DNA of 64,000 nt from the human T2T-CHM13v2.0 reference genome, Homo sapiens: contig CP086569.2 in NCBI GenBank assembly GCA_009914755.4, forward strand, positions 14,976,001-15,040,000, written 5' to 3'. Below, piece after piece: positions 15,056 through 33,827 of this stretch (the stretch's first letter is position 1; each line of letters starts with the position of its first letter). Position numbers and translations under genes: made by a program. Below the pieces are notes generated by a model. That model saw nothing but the letters and a program-made list of their open reading frames with translations, did not search any database and had not been told where the DNA came from.

Positions 15056-17934
15056 TTATAAAATACCAGTGCCCAAGATGAATCTCCGAAGACTAATTCA
15101 GTCTGTGCAAACCATAGACGTCACTATTCCTATTTCTGTCACTGGTGCTGTCATTTGTAATCACGCCTGTTGCAGGGTCATAATCAAACTGCTATTGAGA
15201 CCATAAAATTGGGGTGGGAGAGAAGTATTTCAATAAACAAGTGATTGAGATAGATGTCCATAAAATTGACCAAAAGATGAAAAAAAAAATCCATTGTGAG
15301 AAATCCAACATATGTATGCTGGCTCTGGTAAAAATATATATTTTATATTAAAATAAATTTGTTCCAGGGGCAATCTCAACCACTTATTAGCAGACAGATC
15401 TTTGGGCAACTTTGTCTTTCTGAGAGAAGGTTATGAGAGAATTAAATGAGACACTATATTTGAGGGAAAGTCTACTTCATGAGTGTATGGTCTGTGCATT
15501 TGCATGTGGCTCCACTATCCAAGGAGCCTCACCATTGGTTTAATGCTCTGCTGCCAACATCTTAATATTCTCCATACTTTCTGAACAAGAGGCCCTGCAT
15601 TTTTATTTTGCACAGGACCCAGAAGTTATATGCCTAGTTCTGGCACCTCGCACCAGCATGGTGCAACAGAATCGTTTCACACATGGCTATTTCTTGCCTT
15701 CTTTCCTGCTGGAATCCCTGTGATATGCTATTATGCTTGCATTTGCCACTGCTGAAACCGGAGCCCCCAGAAGCTTTTTTGGGCACTTGTCAGGAGCCTG
15801 TTGCTATAGGAACTGTTAAAAACAGGCCCTGTGCCTTTGTAACCAATATGCTACCAACAACATTGGACAACCTTCTTTAGTCCCACTATTGAGGTAGGTG
15901 GAGGAGTGTCGGGTCCATTCCCACCACTGAGAAGGGAGAGAGATACACAACAGATGTTTGTTGAGTGTTAGCTCTGCCAAGGGTGGGACATACCAGGAGA
16001 GACACAAGTCCCTGTCCTTTCAGTGGGTATTTTGGTAATTAGGAAACAGGAGACATGACCAAGGAAGAACCACTGCATAAGAAAGCTATGGAAGTTCCCT
16101 ATACCTGGTGCAGAAATAAACATGGCAAGAGTGGGTTCCAACTGTGTCGGGTCACATCTCAAAAGAGGATTTTCCTATGGAAATTGCTATGCTGGTGACT
16201 GAGTCTGTAATTTAGTTGCAGTTCAGAATAAATAGGCTCTTGAGAGCTGACCCAAATCAATGTAGTTGCATGCATTTTTATAATCAAATAGAGTAGCTAT
16301 TTATTCAAAGCCTATTTATTCTGAGTTCTAAATAATTGTAAATGGATGATCCAGGAGTCAGGATTTGAGCCATAATTCATTTCTGAATAATGTATGATGA
16401 AAAAAAAATCTCATGAAATCCTTGACAGCAAACTGTTATAGAGTCCTTCACTTATCAGTTGAAAGATTATAGCTTAGAAAATATTCAGTATCTAATGCTG
16501 TATGTTTTCAAATAGAACACTAATGATTTGGAAACTACATGGCAAAATAAAACACTTACATTTCATAAAAGCTCTCAGAGCCCAGCTTCTTATGATGTAA
16601 GGAATGAAAGTTCCCTAAATGACAATCTTTTTCAATTTCTTAAGTGGGAGATAAAGCATAATTGGTGTCACTGCTTGCCAGGGCTCCATTACATATCCTG
16701 ACTACATCATTGGAACATAAAATATGTCATTCCCTTTGCAAATCCTGGTGACATACATGAGAACATCTCTGAGTTGTGGGCTAACCTCCCCTATCATAAT
16801 CAGAGGGCTTTGTTCCTCCAGAACATAGGAGTGCAACTGTAACATGATTTTTATGGTATACGATGGAACACTGCAAATAATTTATTTGTAACCTTTACAT
16901 ACTCAGGAATTTAGACCTAACTTAAATTTCAGTTTGTAATAACTTGTGTGTCTAATATTAAAATGCTGATTTTTACCCAAGGTAAATTGACTGATTCAGA
17001 GCATGTCAAGTTGTACCTATCTGTTTAGAGTCTTTTCAGGTATTAAAAATATTATCTTTTATGTAATTGTGTGCAGCTTGAAGTCTGTGAGACTTATTTA
17101 CTGAGATTTGGATAGTCAATAACATGTCAGTTATATTGTCTGAATGTTAATGCCTGTAGTTACGAGATGCTTCTTTATTTTATTCATCTAGGTCCTCCTA
17201 GCCAGCAGTTTCATGCCCATACATGCATGATTGAAGCCAGCGGAATACAAAGGGCAGATAAAGTTATTAAAACTGAGGAATTACCCTCCTCTGATACTAA
17301 TATGTTTCTTTTAAAACATTCAATTTTATAATTATTTTAATGGCTCCAAAATGTATGTTTTTTCCTCATAAATAGCTTTGTTTCTCTTTAAGAGGGAAAA
17401 ATACAGAGACAGTGGTAACTTACGAAGATCTTGTGAATGAGAATGATTGGACTGTGATGCTCTTGTTTTCATCTTTAAAATATATATTTCTTTTTGTTGT
17501 TGTTAGCAGTGAACGATTTTTTTTCCACCTAGTAAAGTCATACTCACAGCCCCTCTTAAGTAGAGTTACACCACCGTAAGGGTGGGAAAAAGCTTCAGGG
17601 CTCCACACCCTTGTCTTCCTCCAGACAATGCAGCATAGTTTCCTTCCAGCCTGCCCTTGGCACACTCCCGTCGAAGGCTCTCCACTTAACCAGACACATT
17701 GATCATCAGAATGCCAAAACCTGTTTTGTTTAAGGAGAGCGCTCCTCACTTGGGGCTGGCACTTAAGACAGGATGTCAATTCGTTTAGGGAAATTTAGAC
17801 ATGGGCATCCACCTAAAGTCTGCACTATGTGACCCAGCTTCCTTCTGTGATCTACACACGGTTTGTTCTGAACATTCACCATTCTACTCAAGGCAGCTCC
17901 TCTGCAGCACAGACACATGTTCAACATGAACATT

Positions 17935-18440
17935 TTATACTCAAATATGGTATCTAATTTACAAATGCCACAGATGTATATTTTATAACCAAATATGCCA
18001 TCTAATGTATACCAAAACCATACATTTTATAATCAAATACAGTAGCTATTTAACAGACACAAGAGATATGTATTTTATAATCACATAAAGTATCTGTTTA
18101 GCTCATACCAGAGATATACATTGTATCATCAAATGTAGTAACTATTTAATACATTACTGGAAATATGCATCTTATAATGAAATGGAATAGCTATTTAGCA
18201 CATACAGAGATATATATTTTAAAATCAAAGAGAGTATCTGTTAGCACATACCAGAGATATGTATTTTATAATCAGAGTATCTGTCTAACATGTACCAGAT
18301 ATATGTATTTTTTAATCAAATGTAGTACCTGTTTAACACATGCCAGAGATATATATTTTATAATCAAATAAGCACATACTGGAGATATGAATTTTATAAT
18401 AAAGTATCTGTTTAGCATATATCTAATAAAGTTTCACATA
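17935..18440. repeat. Minisatellite: about 11 degenerate tandem units of roughly 46-49 bp
   Basis: Recurring unit attttataatca(a/c)a...agta(t/g)ctgtttagcacataccagagatat(g/a)t. I parsed the units by hand. The ORF at 18165-18371 is an artefact of this array. Confidence 0.75.
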
Positions 18441-20807
18441 AATCAGAGATCATACATATATTCAGGATGAATAAATCACATATTTTATAAATATATTATA
18501 TATTTATTAATAACGAGTACACACAAAGTGCTTTAACATTCATTCATTCATTCATTCACCCACTCACTTTTAGGGCCCAGGACATGGACATAGAGTAGTT
18601 TTTCTCCGTGTCCCTATTATGCCAGCTCAAGGAATTGATGATCTCACAACAAAAGAACCGTGTTTTAAGAACTCCTTGGCTAATAGAATCGAGGCAGTGT
18701 CTCTGTTCTGATCTCATCTGTCCTTATGATTGTCTTTTCTTGAGCTTTCCTGACCTTTGGAATTCTTTCTTTTCTCTCTAGTGCAAAACATAACAGGCTT
18801 CAGGTAATATGAGAACGTATGCTTTGATACAGCAGAAGGTAATGGGTTTAAAGTAGAAAATTCAACATATTTGGGCACTGTCATTTGAAATACTTAATGA
18901 AATGTTGAATTGACAAGTATAATTACTTTGCCACTTAATAAATTGGAATATTTTTCCTCGATGTCCCTATTACACCAGTCTTTCACTTGCAAATTAAGAA
19001 CCTTTCTGTCTTAGAAGGGGAAGCAAGTGGTAGAGGCTCCAGGTTCTCTTCCAATATACACTTCTTCTTCCTTAGTAAAGGAATCCCAATTTTTATCTGG
19101 ACCTATGGCTGTACAGCTAGGTTATATATCCCAGCTTCCCTTGGAGTTAGGTGTGGCCATTTATTTCACTGTCGGGCAATGACAGGTGAGCTGAATAACT
19201 GTGGGACTTACAGTACAAGGAAGGTTGTATACTTTTCCATTTTTCCTGTTACCCAAAACTTAGATACGATTACTGGAGCTCCAGCAGCTATTGTTCATCA
19301 TGAGGTCAAGGATCACACCCTGAAGATGGCCAAATAGTGAGCTGGAAATACCAAAGTCCTAAATGATTTGAGGAGTCTACCTTACCAGCCGGCCCTCTAT
19401 ATTCCTGTTACCAGACAAAAGTAGTAAAACTTTTGTTATTATTGTATACAACAGAATTCAATCCTATCTGCTGTAGGGGTTCTTACTTCCAATTTTCCAC
19501 GTGAGGAAATTGAGATACAGAGATGTCAATCTACTTCACTCAAGTCACCAAACTTGGAAGGGGGCAACTTCCCCAGGATGGTCCTTAATATTTCTATTTT
19601 TCCTATCCCTGTTGCTCCATTTTGCCCTTTAGTTCTTTTCAATGCATTTTAATTGCCCTTTAGTTCTTTTCAATTTTCAAACAATGCATTCCTCGTGTTA
19701 TTCCGGTCCAGCCCCAGTGCCACATCATGGGTGTGTGACAGGAAGACTAGCAATGTTTAAAAGGGCATGAGTGAGGAATCAGAGTTTCTAGTGAACTTAC
19801 CATGATGTGATTGAGTACTTTGGACAGGAAGAGAGTGACAGCCACAATTAAACAGCAGGAAATGCACAGGCCCAGAACTATGAGGAAGATGGAAAGTGAC
19901 CCACCCAAGCCCCTTGACCCTGGACAATGTCCCAGGACAGTGTCTTGCTGATCATGTGACTGTGCATAGGAGGCACATCATAATTACTTGTAGAGTTGAA
20001 CCTTATATCTTCAGACAGCATTCAGTTTTCTTCTGTTGTTTAATGGAGTCTGCAATAAAGGGGCCTCGTGCACATGACCAACAGGGAGCCACAGAAGCCT
20101 TGCATTGTTTATAACACCAGAAAGGGACAATTTGCAAGTCCTGTTCTCTGTTTAACACTAATTCTTCTTAAGTCTGATCACCTCCCACAGTCTAATAGGG
20201 TTTTTATGATGAGTTATTTCTTTCCTTTCCATTTTTCAGGAAAGTGTGAATGTTGCTTTAAATGCAGTGTTTTTCTGTGGGTATAAACTTTTTATGTGAT
20301 TTAAATTACATAAAAATTTCAGTCGTGCTGAAGACACCTCTCATATTCTAGACTTTGGTGTTTTCGTAGAGCTCAGGTTTTCATCTGTTTGTTGTCTTCG
20401 GTTGTTTCACCGAAGTGAGGAAGGTGGAGGTGGCTGAAGGGGAAAAGGGACTTAATGTTACTTATATTTGTGGCACTGAGTCAGGAAAGGCCGAGAAAAT
20501 GGAACTAAGCCAATGGGGGTGAAGTCTACTCTCTGCTTGTGACTTGTTAAATACACAGACCTTATTTCTAAATTGTTTCTCCTTGTTTCTAAATTGCAGA
20601 TATTAGTGGATTTTATTAAGGTATATTTATGGATCCAATATGTGCATTAAAATTTATTTATCAATCACTTAGAAGCATCATACCTTAATAAGACTTAAGA
20701 TTAACTTCAACCATGGCAAATACCAGTATGAGTCCTTTTGAAACCCTCTACCAGTACTTTAAAATGACGTGATGTCTTTGAAAATTTTTTTATTTTTATT
20801 TTTTTAA

Positions 20808-21000
20808 CCGGGGCAATATGGCAAAAACCCATTTCTACAAAAATTACGGAAGTATGGTGGCATGTACCTGCAGTCCCAGCTGCTTGGGAAGCTGAGGTGG
20901 GAGGATTACCTGAGTTTGGGGAGGTTGTGGTTGCAGTGAGCTATCATTACACCACTACACTCTGGCCTGGGCAACAGAGGGAAACCCAGAAAAAAAGAAA
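20808..21000 (+). mobile_element. Partial older Alu (AluJ/S-like, 5' truncated)
   Basis: ggcaatatggcaaaaacccatttctacaaaaattac...gcagtcccagctgcttgggaagctgaggtgggaggattacctgag...cactctggcctgggcaacagagggaaaccc. Confidence 0.7.
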
Positions 21001-24000
21001 ATTGCTTTTTAAAAACATATTATTTTAAAAGTTCCTGTAGTTTTCTGTGGCTTCACCTTATGACTATTTTAGCACCTTACTTATAGTACATATTCATTAA
21101 TAAATGTATCAGTGAATAAATGGAAATAAATTGAAGTTTAGTCCTAGATTTTTCACTAATAATTTTTCTTTACTAAATATGAACTCTTTCCAATGGTAGA
21201 ATAAGCCCCAGGAATGTTTACATATTTAGGCCATGTTTTCACAGATTCTTGTCAATTTGGAATAAAAATGAGAATTTTCAAGAGGAATTATTAACTCATT
21301 TGTTTTAAGAGAGAGAATTAGCGTTGGCAGGTGACTAAAATACCAGAATAGAATCATCTCCAGAACTGACAGATGCAGATCAGAAGAAAAGCTGTAGGAT
21401 TTCGCATTGTTTCTTTTCATTTGAGTTGGAATTCAAGTAATATTTTGACTCTGTAGTATTACAAGATTGTTTCTTGGCTTTTTGGCTAAGATTAAGTGTA
21501 TGCTATAACAGGAACATGAAAATGCAACATTGTATTACCCTAGTCCATGTGGATTTTGCATTCTGGGTCATTTTTCCTTTCATTATTGATACTTCTGTCA
21601 GAAAGAGAATTGTGGAATACTCCATGTAACTGTGCTTTTATATGAGATTGATACTGTGGTCCTTAGGCTCCTATTTCCTCATGGCTTAGACTTTTTATAT
21701 GGAAATGCAGCTCTGTCACTGTCATAGCACACAGTGGTAGCTGGCCTTGCCACCAGCTAGATTTGGCTTGATGGAAACCTGAATATCAATTTCTAGTTAT
21801 TATGAAATAGACACTCTTATTCTTCAGTGACTTTTAAGAATTTTTTTTGAATTATCTGTTTAATTTTTGAAACATGTTAGTCTTCCAGGGACTATTTTCT
21901 ATATGGTGTTCATAGGTGATCATATGCTAAATAACCCTTTAGAGCCTTCTCAAAATTAGATATTTGGAGTCATCATTTTTAATCATCCTTCTGCAAAAAC
22001 TAAGAAGCAATCCACCAAGAATCAATACTTAGTAGAGGTTAGTATGTCAGGTTTCTCAATCTTTCTTGTAGATTGTATTTTTACTTGTGTTTCTTTGATT
22101 TAAATATCTCATCTGTCTCTTCTCTACACCATAAGTGGGAGATTCTCACCTGTGTCCAAGGAGGTGGGTGTCTCTTTGTCTCTTTCTCTTCTACTCTAGG
22201 AATTGTTAATCAAGACTATTGTCAGGTGTGGCTACCTGTAGGCTATCTCATGAAAAAAAGGGAGATATGTTTGCAAATATGAAATTATTGTTCAAATCAC
22301 ATTTACTTCTCTCTCACCCCTGATAAATCAATGCTAATTTGCCCTGCCCCATAGAGCATCCCTGAATTTTACAGTGTGTGAGAAAAAACTTGAAGTGAAA
22401 AGACAACTCTATCCCTTTTTCCTGTATATTCTATAGCAGTAGTATTCTCTGTAAAGTATCAGATAGTAAGTACTTTCATCATTGTCTCTGTCAGCACACC
22501 TACTCAGCTGCACCATTGTAGAGGGAAGCAGCAGCAGGCAGTATCTCAACAAAAGGTCCTGGCCATGTGCCAGTAAAACTTTATTTACAGAAGCAGATGG
22601 TGTGCCATAGTTTACCTCCCTATAGCAAGGAAAACTGCAAGCCTCAGTTTCCTCTTCTGTAACATGAGGGAACTGAATATAGGAGCATGACCTTTCTGCC
22701 TTATAGGGTTCTTGTAAACAGCATATTCAATTATACATGCAAAATCACTTTTAAATTATTACGCCCTGTGCCATCGTATTTATAATAATTATAGATAGCA
22801 ACATCTTATTCATTCTTCCAGCAAAGTATTTTTTATTTACTTGTTTTTTTGAGAAAAATATACCTTAAGAAAATGGAGCACTTCATTGAAGTTCTATCAG
22901 AAACATAATCCCAGCATCTATCACACATCCAGACAAACACTGAACACTCAGGGAAAGTTTGAAGAATGAATAAACTGGCCCTTCCAGTAGAGGTTAACCC
23001 ATCAGGTCCTTTGTTTTAAGTTGCTCACTCACATTATATAATAGCAGTTGCTTGAATTCACAAAACATGTTCTCAAGAGGTACTCCTAACGTATCGATAT
23101 ATAAAGCAAAGTTTAACAAGTACTGCCAGATGTTTAGCCTGTTTAGGTGTAACATGTGGACTTATCTCTTTAGAATTGATTCCATTAATTTTAGTTTTCA
23201 AAACTATACTTTCAGAGAACAATCACAGATGTCAACCACACAATTGGGCATGAGCTTTTTGTTGAGCTGTTGCTTATTTATGTGTCTTAGGACTCAAGCA
23301 TTGACTTGAATGTGGAGCACACAGAGAATGTGGTCAAAGATTAGAGAAAAGAACAGTAGGTCTAGCAGTGGGACTCAGAGGTGGTCACTGTACGGCATCT
23401 AATGAGTATGATTTTGAAACCATCTTGCCCTGGAATTTTTATGTACTTGCCTTCCCTTTTTCTTTGAGGATGATGGCGCTATGTGATGAAAACTGACAAA
23501 CACACAGGAAAACTCTAACAGGGTGGACTGGCAGTTACTTTTCTTTAGGACAATTCTGGGGCTGCAGAAGCTCATGGCAGTAGCTACCAGCATGTAAAAT
23601 GCTGTCAATGAAGCAAGGAGTTGGGAATGTCTCACAGCCATATGTTGTGAACAGCCAGATAATTCACGGACAGAATTATTTGTGCAAGATTTTAAATTAT
23701 CAGTAGAGCACAAGATACAAAATATTTCCACTTTTAATTTGAAGGTTGAAGAATATTTATTGTTTTGACGGTTGTTTCCAGAAACTTTGCTGGAATCTGC
23801 ATGCCTGAATAAATGTGTGGTTGTCCTGAGTGATTCAGCTTACGAGAGCATAAATCAGGAGTAAGAGGTATCACAGGTGCATATCTGAGCAGTGGTCATC
23901 AAGGATTGTGAAGGAGCTGGTATCATTAAAATTTAATCAGGTCATTTAATAAACTGCTGTGTATTTTCCTAGTCATTTTTCCAATCAGAACAAGCTAACA

Positions 24001-24513
24001 AGATTGAATATAATTTAGAAGAAGGGTTTTTGATTCTTTGAGACTGCAATCATTAACTCCAGAGTAAATTAGAACACTCTTCAATTTAATGAGCCAGATT
24101 GCCCTTCTTTTTATTAAGTTAAATAAATCAGAAGAGCTGTTACTTAAGCTTGTATATCTTTTAATATTTTCTGTTGAAACTTACATGAATTTTTAAATCA
24201 TTGATGACAGCTTCTGTTGACAATATGAAATAATTTTGGAAGCGGTCTTTTTCCTTTTGGTTATTATCCTATTCCAGAATTTGATATTTATACCTAAGGC
24301 AATCAGGAAAAAAAAAAAGAAAGTTCTGAAACAGAATCAGATATTTTGGGGTCTATTTTTTGCAAAACACCCTCTTTAAGATTATACCTTTATATAACCA
24401 GCTATATTTTATGTATATACCTAGGGGTACATATATAAACACACATATATACAAATATATATATATACATGCATATACACATATGAATAATATGTGTAAT
24501 ATAACACACATAA

Positions 24514-24955
<442 letters not shown>

Positions 24956-25199
24956 TAAGTTTTAGGGTACATGTCCACAATGTGCAGGTTAGTTACATAT
25001 GTATAAATGTGCCATGCTGGTGTGCTGCACCTATTAACTCGTCATTTAGCATTAGGTGTATCTCCTAATGCTATCCCTCCCCGCTCCCCCCACCCTACAA
25101 CAGTCTCCAGAGTGTGATGTTCCCCTTCCTGTGTCCACGTGTTCTCATTGTTCAATTCCCACCTATGAGTGAGAACATGTGGTGTTTGGTTTTTTGTCC

Positions 25200-28978
<3,779 letters not shown>

Positions 28979-29041
28979 TATGATGTTAGCTGGTTATTTT
29001 GCTTGTTAGTTGATGCAGTTTCTTCCTAGCCTCGATGGTCT

Positions 29042-30058
29042 TTACATTTTGGCATGATTTTGCAGTGGCTGGTACCGGTTGTTCCTTTCCATGTTTAGTG
29101 CTTCCTTCAGCAGCTCTTTTAGGGCAGGCCTGGTGGTGACAAAATCTCTCAGCATTTGCTTCTCTGTAAAATATTTTATTTCTCCTTCACTTATGAAGCT
29201 TAGTTTGGCTGGATATGAAATTCTAGGTTAAAAATTCTTTTCTTTAAGAATGTTGAATATTGGCCCCCACTCTCTTCTGGCTTGTAGAGTTTCTACCGAG
29301 AGATGCACTGTTAGTCTGATGGGTTTCTCTTTGTGGGTATCCCAACCTTTCTCTCTGACTGCCCTTAATATTTTTTCCTTCATTTCAACTTTGGTGAATC
29401 TGACAATTATGTGCCTTGGAGTTTCTCTTCTCGTGGAGTATCTTTGTGATGTTCTCTGTATTTTCTGAATCTGAATGTTGGCCTGCCTTGCTAGTTTGGG
29501 GAAGTTCTCCTGGATAATATCCTGCATAGTGTTTTCCAACTTGGTTCCATTCTCCCCGTCACTTTCCAGTACACCAATCAGAGGTAGATTTGGTCTTTTC
29601 ACATAGTCCCATATTTCTTGAAGGCTTTGTTCATTTCTTTTTATTCTTTTTTCTCTAAACTTCTGTTCTCGCTTCATTTCATTCATTTCATGTTCCATCA
29701 CTGATACCCTTTCTTCCAGTTGATCACATTGGCTCCTGAGGCTTCTGCATTCTTCATGTCATTCTCGAGCCTTAGCTTTCAGCTCCATCAACTCCTTTAA
29801 GTACTTCTCTGTATTGGTTATTCTAGTTATACATTTGTCTAAATTTTTTTCAAAGTTTTCAGCTTCTTTGCCTGTGGTTTGAATTTCCTCCTGTAGCTCA
29901 GAGAAGTTTGATCGTCTGAAGGCTTCTTCTCTCAGTTCATCGAAGTCAGTCTCTGTCTACCTTTGTTCCATTGCTAGTGAGGAGCTGCATTCCTTTGCAG
30001 GAGGAGAGGCATGCGGCTTTTTAGAGTTTCCAGTTTTTCTGCTCTGTTTTTTCCCCAT
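29042..30058 (-). pseudogene. L1 ORF1 remnant, disrupted
   Basis: Track ORF 29228..29701 translates to MMEHEMNEMKREQKFREKRIKRNEQSLQEIWDYVKRPNLPLIGV..., which is the ORF1p C-terminal two thirds. The reverse-complemented ATG context (aaccacaaagatgggg) lies at about 30058. The 63-bp inter-ORF spacing to the ORF2 ATG at 28978 is preserved. Confidence 0.75.
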
Positions 30059-32861
30059 CTTTGTGGTTTTATCTACTTTTCATCTTTGATGATGGTGATA
30101 TACAGATGCGTTTTTGGTGTGGATGTCCTTCCTGAAAATGTACCAAACATTAGAACACATAGGTGGCTATAACATGCAACTGAAAACATAGTATAAAACC
30201 CCAAACCAATGCATGCAACCAAAAATATAGTACAAAATCACAAACCACTGCAAATCCATTCATGTATTCAGTTTTTAGTGTGTGAGGAGGGCTTTACAAA
30301 GACTGTCAGCTACAAACAACTTAATGGTGAAATGTAAGGAATGATATTGTGGTAAGCCATGTGATCTCCTTCAGCTCCTTCTCTCAGTTTCTGAGTGTTA
30401 AGGATGTTGTATTTGAAAGCAGACACTCCTGCTCTTTTACCACACACGAATTCTAGTTAAGCACCTGGTTCCCAGTTGGGAGAAAAATGATGACAATCTC
30501 CTCTGTTTTAAAGACACATGTCAAAGCTACATATCTGTGAATGACAACCTAATCAAAGCCCCTTCTGTTTCCTAATTTTTAAATGCTTACTTTAGGAGGA
30601 AAGATCTTGGTACTCTAAAATAAGCACAACATGCTGACCTACACTGAGATATTTTAAGGTTAAGACATCAATAGAAATATAATTGTAAATCCTAGTGGGC
30701 TTTTCTACCAGTTGTTAAGCAGGTATTCATATTCTGTTCATCTTTGAAAATATGTGGTTAGGTGGGCTGACTTTCCTGTCCACCACTCCTGTGGTCAGAA
30801 ATTCACATATAGCTTTTGACTCCCCCAGAACTTACTACTAAGAGCCTACCGTTGACTGGAAGACATACCAATAAGAATACAACAGTCCATTAGGACATAT
30901 TTTGTATGTTATGTAAATTATACACTGTATTCTCACAGTCAAGTAAGCTACAGAAAAGAAAATACTATTAAGAAAATCATAAGGAAGATAAAATATATTC
31001 ACTGTTTATTTAGTGAAAGTGGATCATCATAAGGATTTTTGTCCTCATCTTCACATTGACTATGCTGAGGAGGTGGAGGAAGAGGAGGGTTGGTCTTGCT
31101 GTCTCAGGGGTGGCAGAGACAGAAGACATAGAGGAAGTCTAAGGGAAGGCAGGAGAGGCAGGTCACATGGTGTACTTTTACTAAATAAATCCACATGGAC
31201 CCTCATAGTTCAAACCCGTTTTGTTCAAGGGTGAAGTGTACACTGACTCTAAGTAGGGTCCTTTAGCAGCAGGTAATAGACCCTGGCTGTGTTAAGTCAT
31301 ACAGAGCAGGTACTGGAAGCATATGATGTGAACATTTCCTACTATTGGCAGCTGGTAGGAGAACAGGCTTCTAAAACTCAGCTATTTGGCAACAGGTTGG
31401 CCATCCTAGGTCACTGTGGTTGCCACTGTTTCTAAGGTGACATTGACTTTCCTCAACCATTCTCTGTCCCATGGTGGCTTCCTTTTCAGGCACAGGTCAG
31501 GTGATCAGAGTCCATTTTCCAGTGGCATGACACACACCTTAGGTCCTCAGGGATATGTGCCCTTGCTTGTGCCACATAAAGTTGCAATGGTTTCCTTAAC
31601 TATTCCACTAGTGCTGGAATAATCACCATGATTATAAGTCCTCCCCAACCATGTGAAACAGTGAGCTTATTAAACCTCTTTCTTTTTTAAATTTCCCAGT
31701 CTCAGGCATGCCTTTTTCAGCAGTATTGAAATGGATACACAAACGTTTGTTCCTCCAGTCCTGATCAAAGTCTTTAACCATGGGTTGTCTATTTCTCAAA
31801 TTGTTCCTCTCCTATCCTGTGGCACAGATTAGCCTGAGAGCCTGGTTCCTTCAGTTCTAGAGCTACGGGGGCACAGCTAAGTCATGGAAACACCCATGCT
31901 TCATGTTAAGATCATGCCACACATTCTCCATGGCACCTAAATGGTGGCCCTCCATTTTCCATGTTCCTCAATTTACCCAAAGAACCTATCCTCTTCAGTT
32001 TTTCAAGGACATTGACTATTCACCAAAATTATTCCTTATCACTTTCTTAATGACATTGTCTAATTCCAATAAAGTGTCTCATTTCCTTGCACTAAGTAAT
32101 AATTCACATATTAAAAATAAACACAAATACTACAGAGTAATAATAAAATCAAAAGTCTTGATAGATTTTCTAAAAAGAATTTGATTAGAAACTTCCAACA
32201 ATAACTGTCTGAAACCTGTTTTGCATTATAAACTTTTCAGCATTTTATTCAAAGCAATTTTCTTTAATTAAAAACTTAACAGTGTAATCAAAAACACCTT
32301 GATACAAAAATTCAATTTTCCTCTTACTTGGGGGGAGAAAGGGGCTTGTTTCAGTCTCATCAGGTTTGCCAGGGACAATCAGAATAAAAACTCTGAAATT
32401 TAAGCTGTAGGATATTGCTCTACAGGTAAATATACACTATTTTTATAATCTAGGTTTTCTTATCACAGATACAATTACCAATAACATGAAAATCAGTAGG
32501 AAAAATTTAAACTTCAGAAATTACCTCCACCTATACACTAGATTAGGGTTTCTCAGCCTTGGTACTGCTGACAGTTGGGGCCATGACTTCTTAGTTTTTG
32601 GGGGCAGTCCAGTGCATTCCAAGACATTTAAAATCATTTCTGGCCTCTACCCACCAGACACCAGCAGCACCACTCAGACGTGATAACCAAAAATGTCTGG
32701 GTATAATATCTTTCCATATGGATAACTACTAGACTAGATTAAGGGAATCTGTTTTATGTCAATTATACATTTGGGTACTTAAGTTTTTCTCCACTATTTT
32801 AATATATTTCATTACCTCCATCTTTCTAAGCAAATAAGAGATTTAACTTAATATTGCAGAT

Positions 32862-33827
32862 TAGAGCCAAGATGGCTGAATAGGAACAGCTCCGGTCTAC
32901 AGTGTGAGTGACGCAGAAGACGGGTGATTTCTGCACTTCCATCTGAGGTACCGGGTTCATCTCATTAGGGAGTGCCAGACAGTGGGAGCAGGACAGTGGG
33001 TGCAGTGCACCATGCTTGAGCCGAAGCAGGGTGAGGAACTGCCTCACTCAGGAAGCACAAGGGGTCAGGAAGTTCCCTTTCTACTGCACTTTTCCAACGG
33101 GCTTAAAAAACGGCACACCAGGAGATTATATCCCACAACTGGCTCAGAGGGTCTTATGCCCATGGAGTATCGCTGATTGCTAGCACAGCAGTCTGAGATC
33201 AAACTGCAAGGCAGCAGCGAGGCTGGGGGAGAGGCACCCACCATTGCCCAGGCTTGCTTAGGTAAACAAAGCAGCCAGGAAGCTCGAACTGGTTGGAGCC
33301 CACCACAGCTCAAGGAAGCCTGCCTGCCTCTGTAGGCTCCACCTCTGGGGGCAGGGCATGGACAAACAAAAAGACAGCTGTAACCTCTGCAGACTTAAAT
33401 GTCCCTGTCTGACAGCTTTGAAGAGAGCAGTGGTTCTCCCAGCATGCAGCTGGAGATCTGAGAATGGGCAGAATGCCTTCTCAAGTGGGTCCCTGACCCC
33501 TGATCCCCGAGCAGCCTAACTGGGAGGCACCCCCCAGTAGAGGCAGACTGACACCTCACACGGTTGGGTACTCCTCTGAGACAAAACTTCCAGAGGAACG
33601 ATCAGACAGCAGCATTCACGGTTCACAAAAATCTGCTGTTCTGCAGCCACCGCTGCTGATACCCAGGCAAATAGGGTCAGGAGTGGACCTCTAGCAAACT
33701 CCAACAGACCTGCAGCTGAGGGTCCTATCTGTTAGAAGGAAAACTAACAAACAGGAAGGACATCCACACCAAAAACCCATCTGTACATCACCATGGTCAA
33801 AGGCCAAAAGTAGATAAAACCACAAAG
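32862..33827 (+). promoter_or_regulatory. L1 5'UTR, the region that in intact L1s holds the internal sense promoter and the antisense promoter
   Basis: Full-length L1PA 5'UTR sequence is present. Its activity here is unknown, since CpGs are partly decayed. Confidence 0.6.

Noticed and set aside
18165-18371. 68-aa plus-strand ORF
   Set aside because: It lies wholly inside the 48-bp-unit minisatellite, and the periodic sequence gives a periodic pseudo-peptide.
17935-18440. CRISPR-like array (regular direct repeats with spacers)
   Set aside because: This is a eukaryotic primate context. The units are contiguous degenerate copies with no unique spacers and no repeat palindromicity, so it is a minisatellite.
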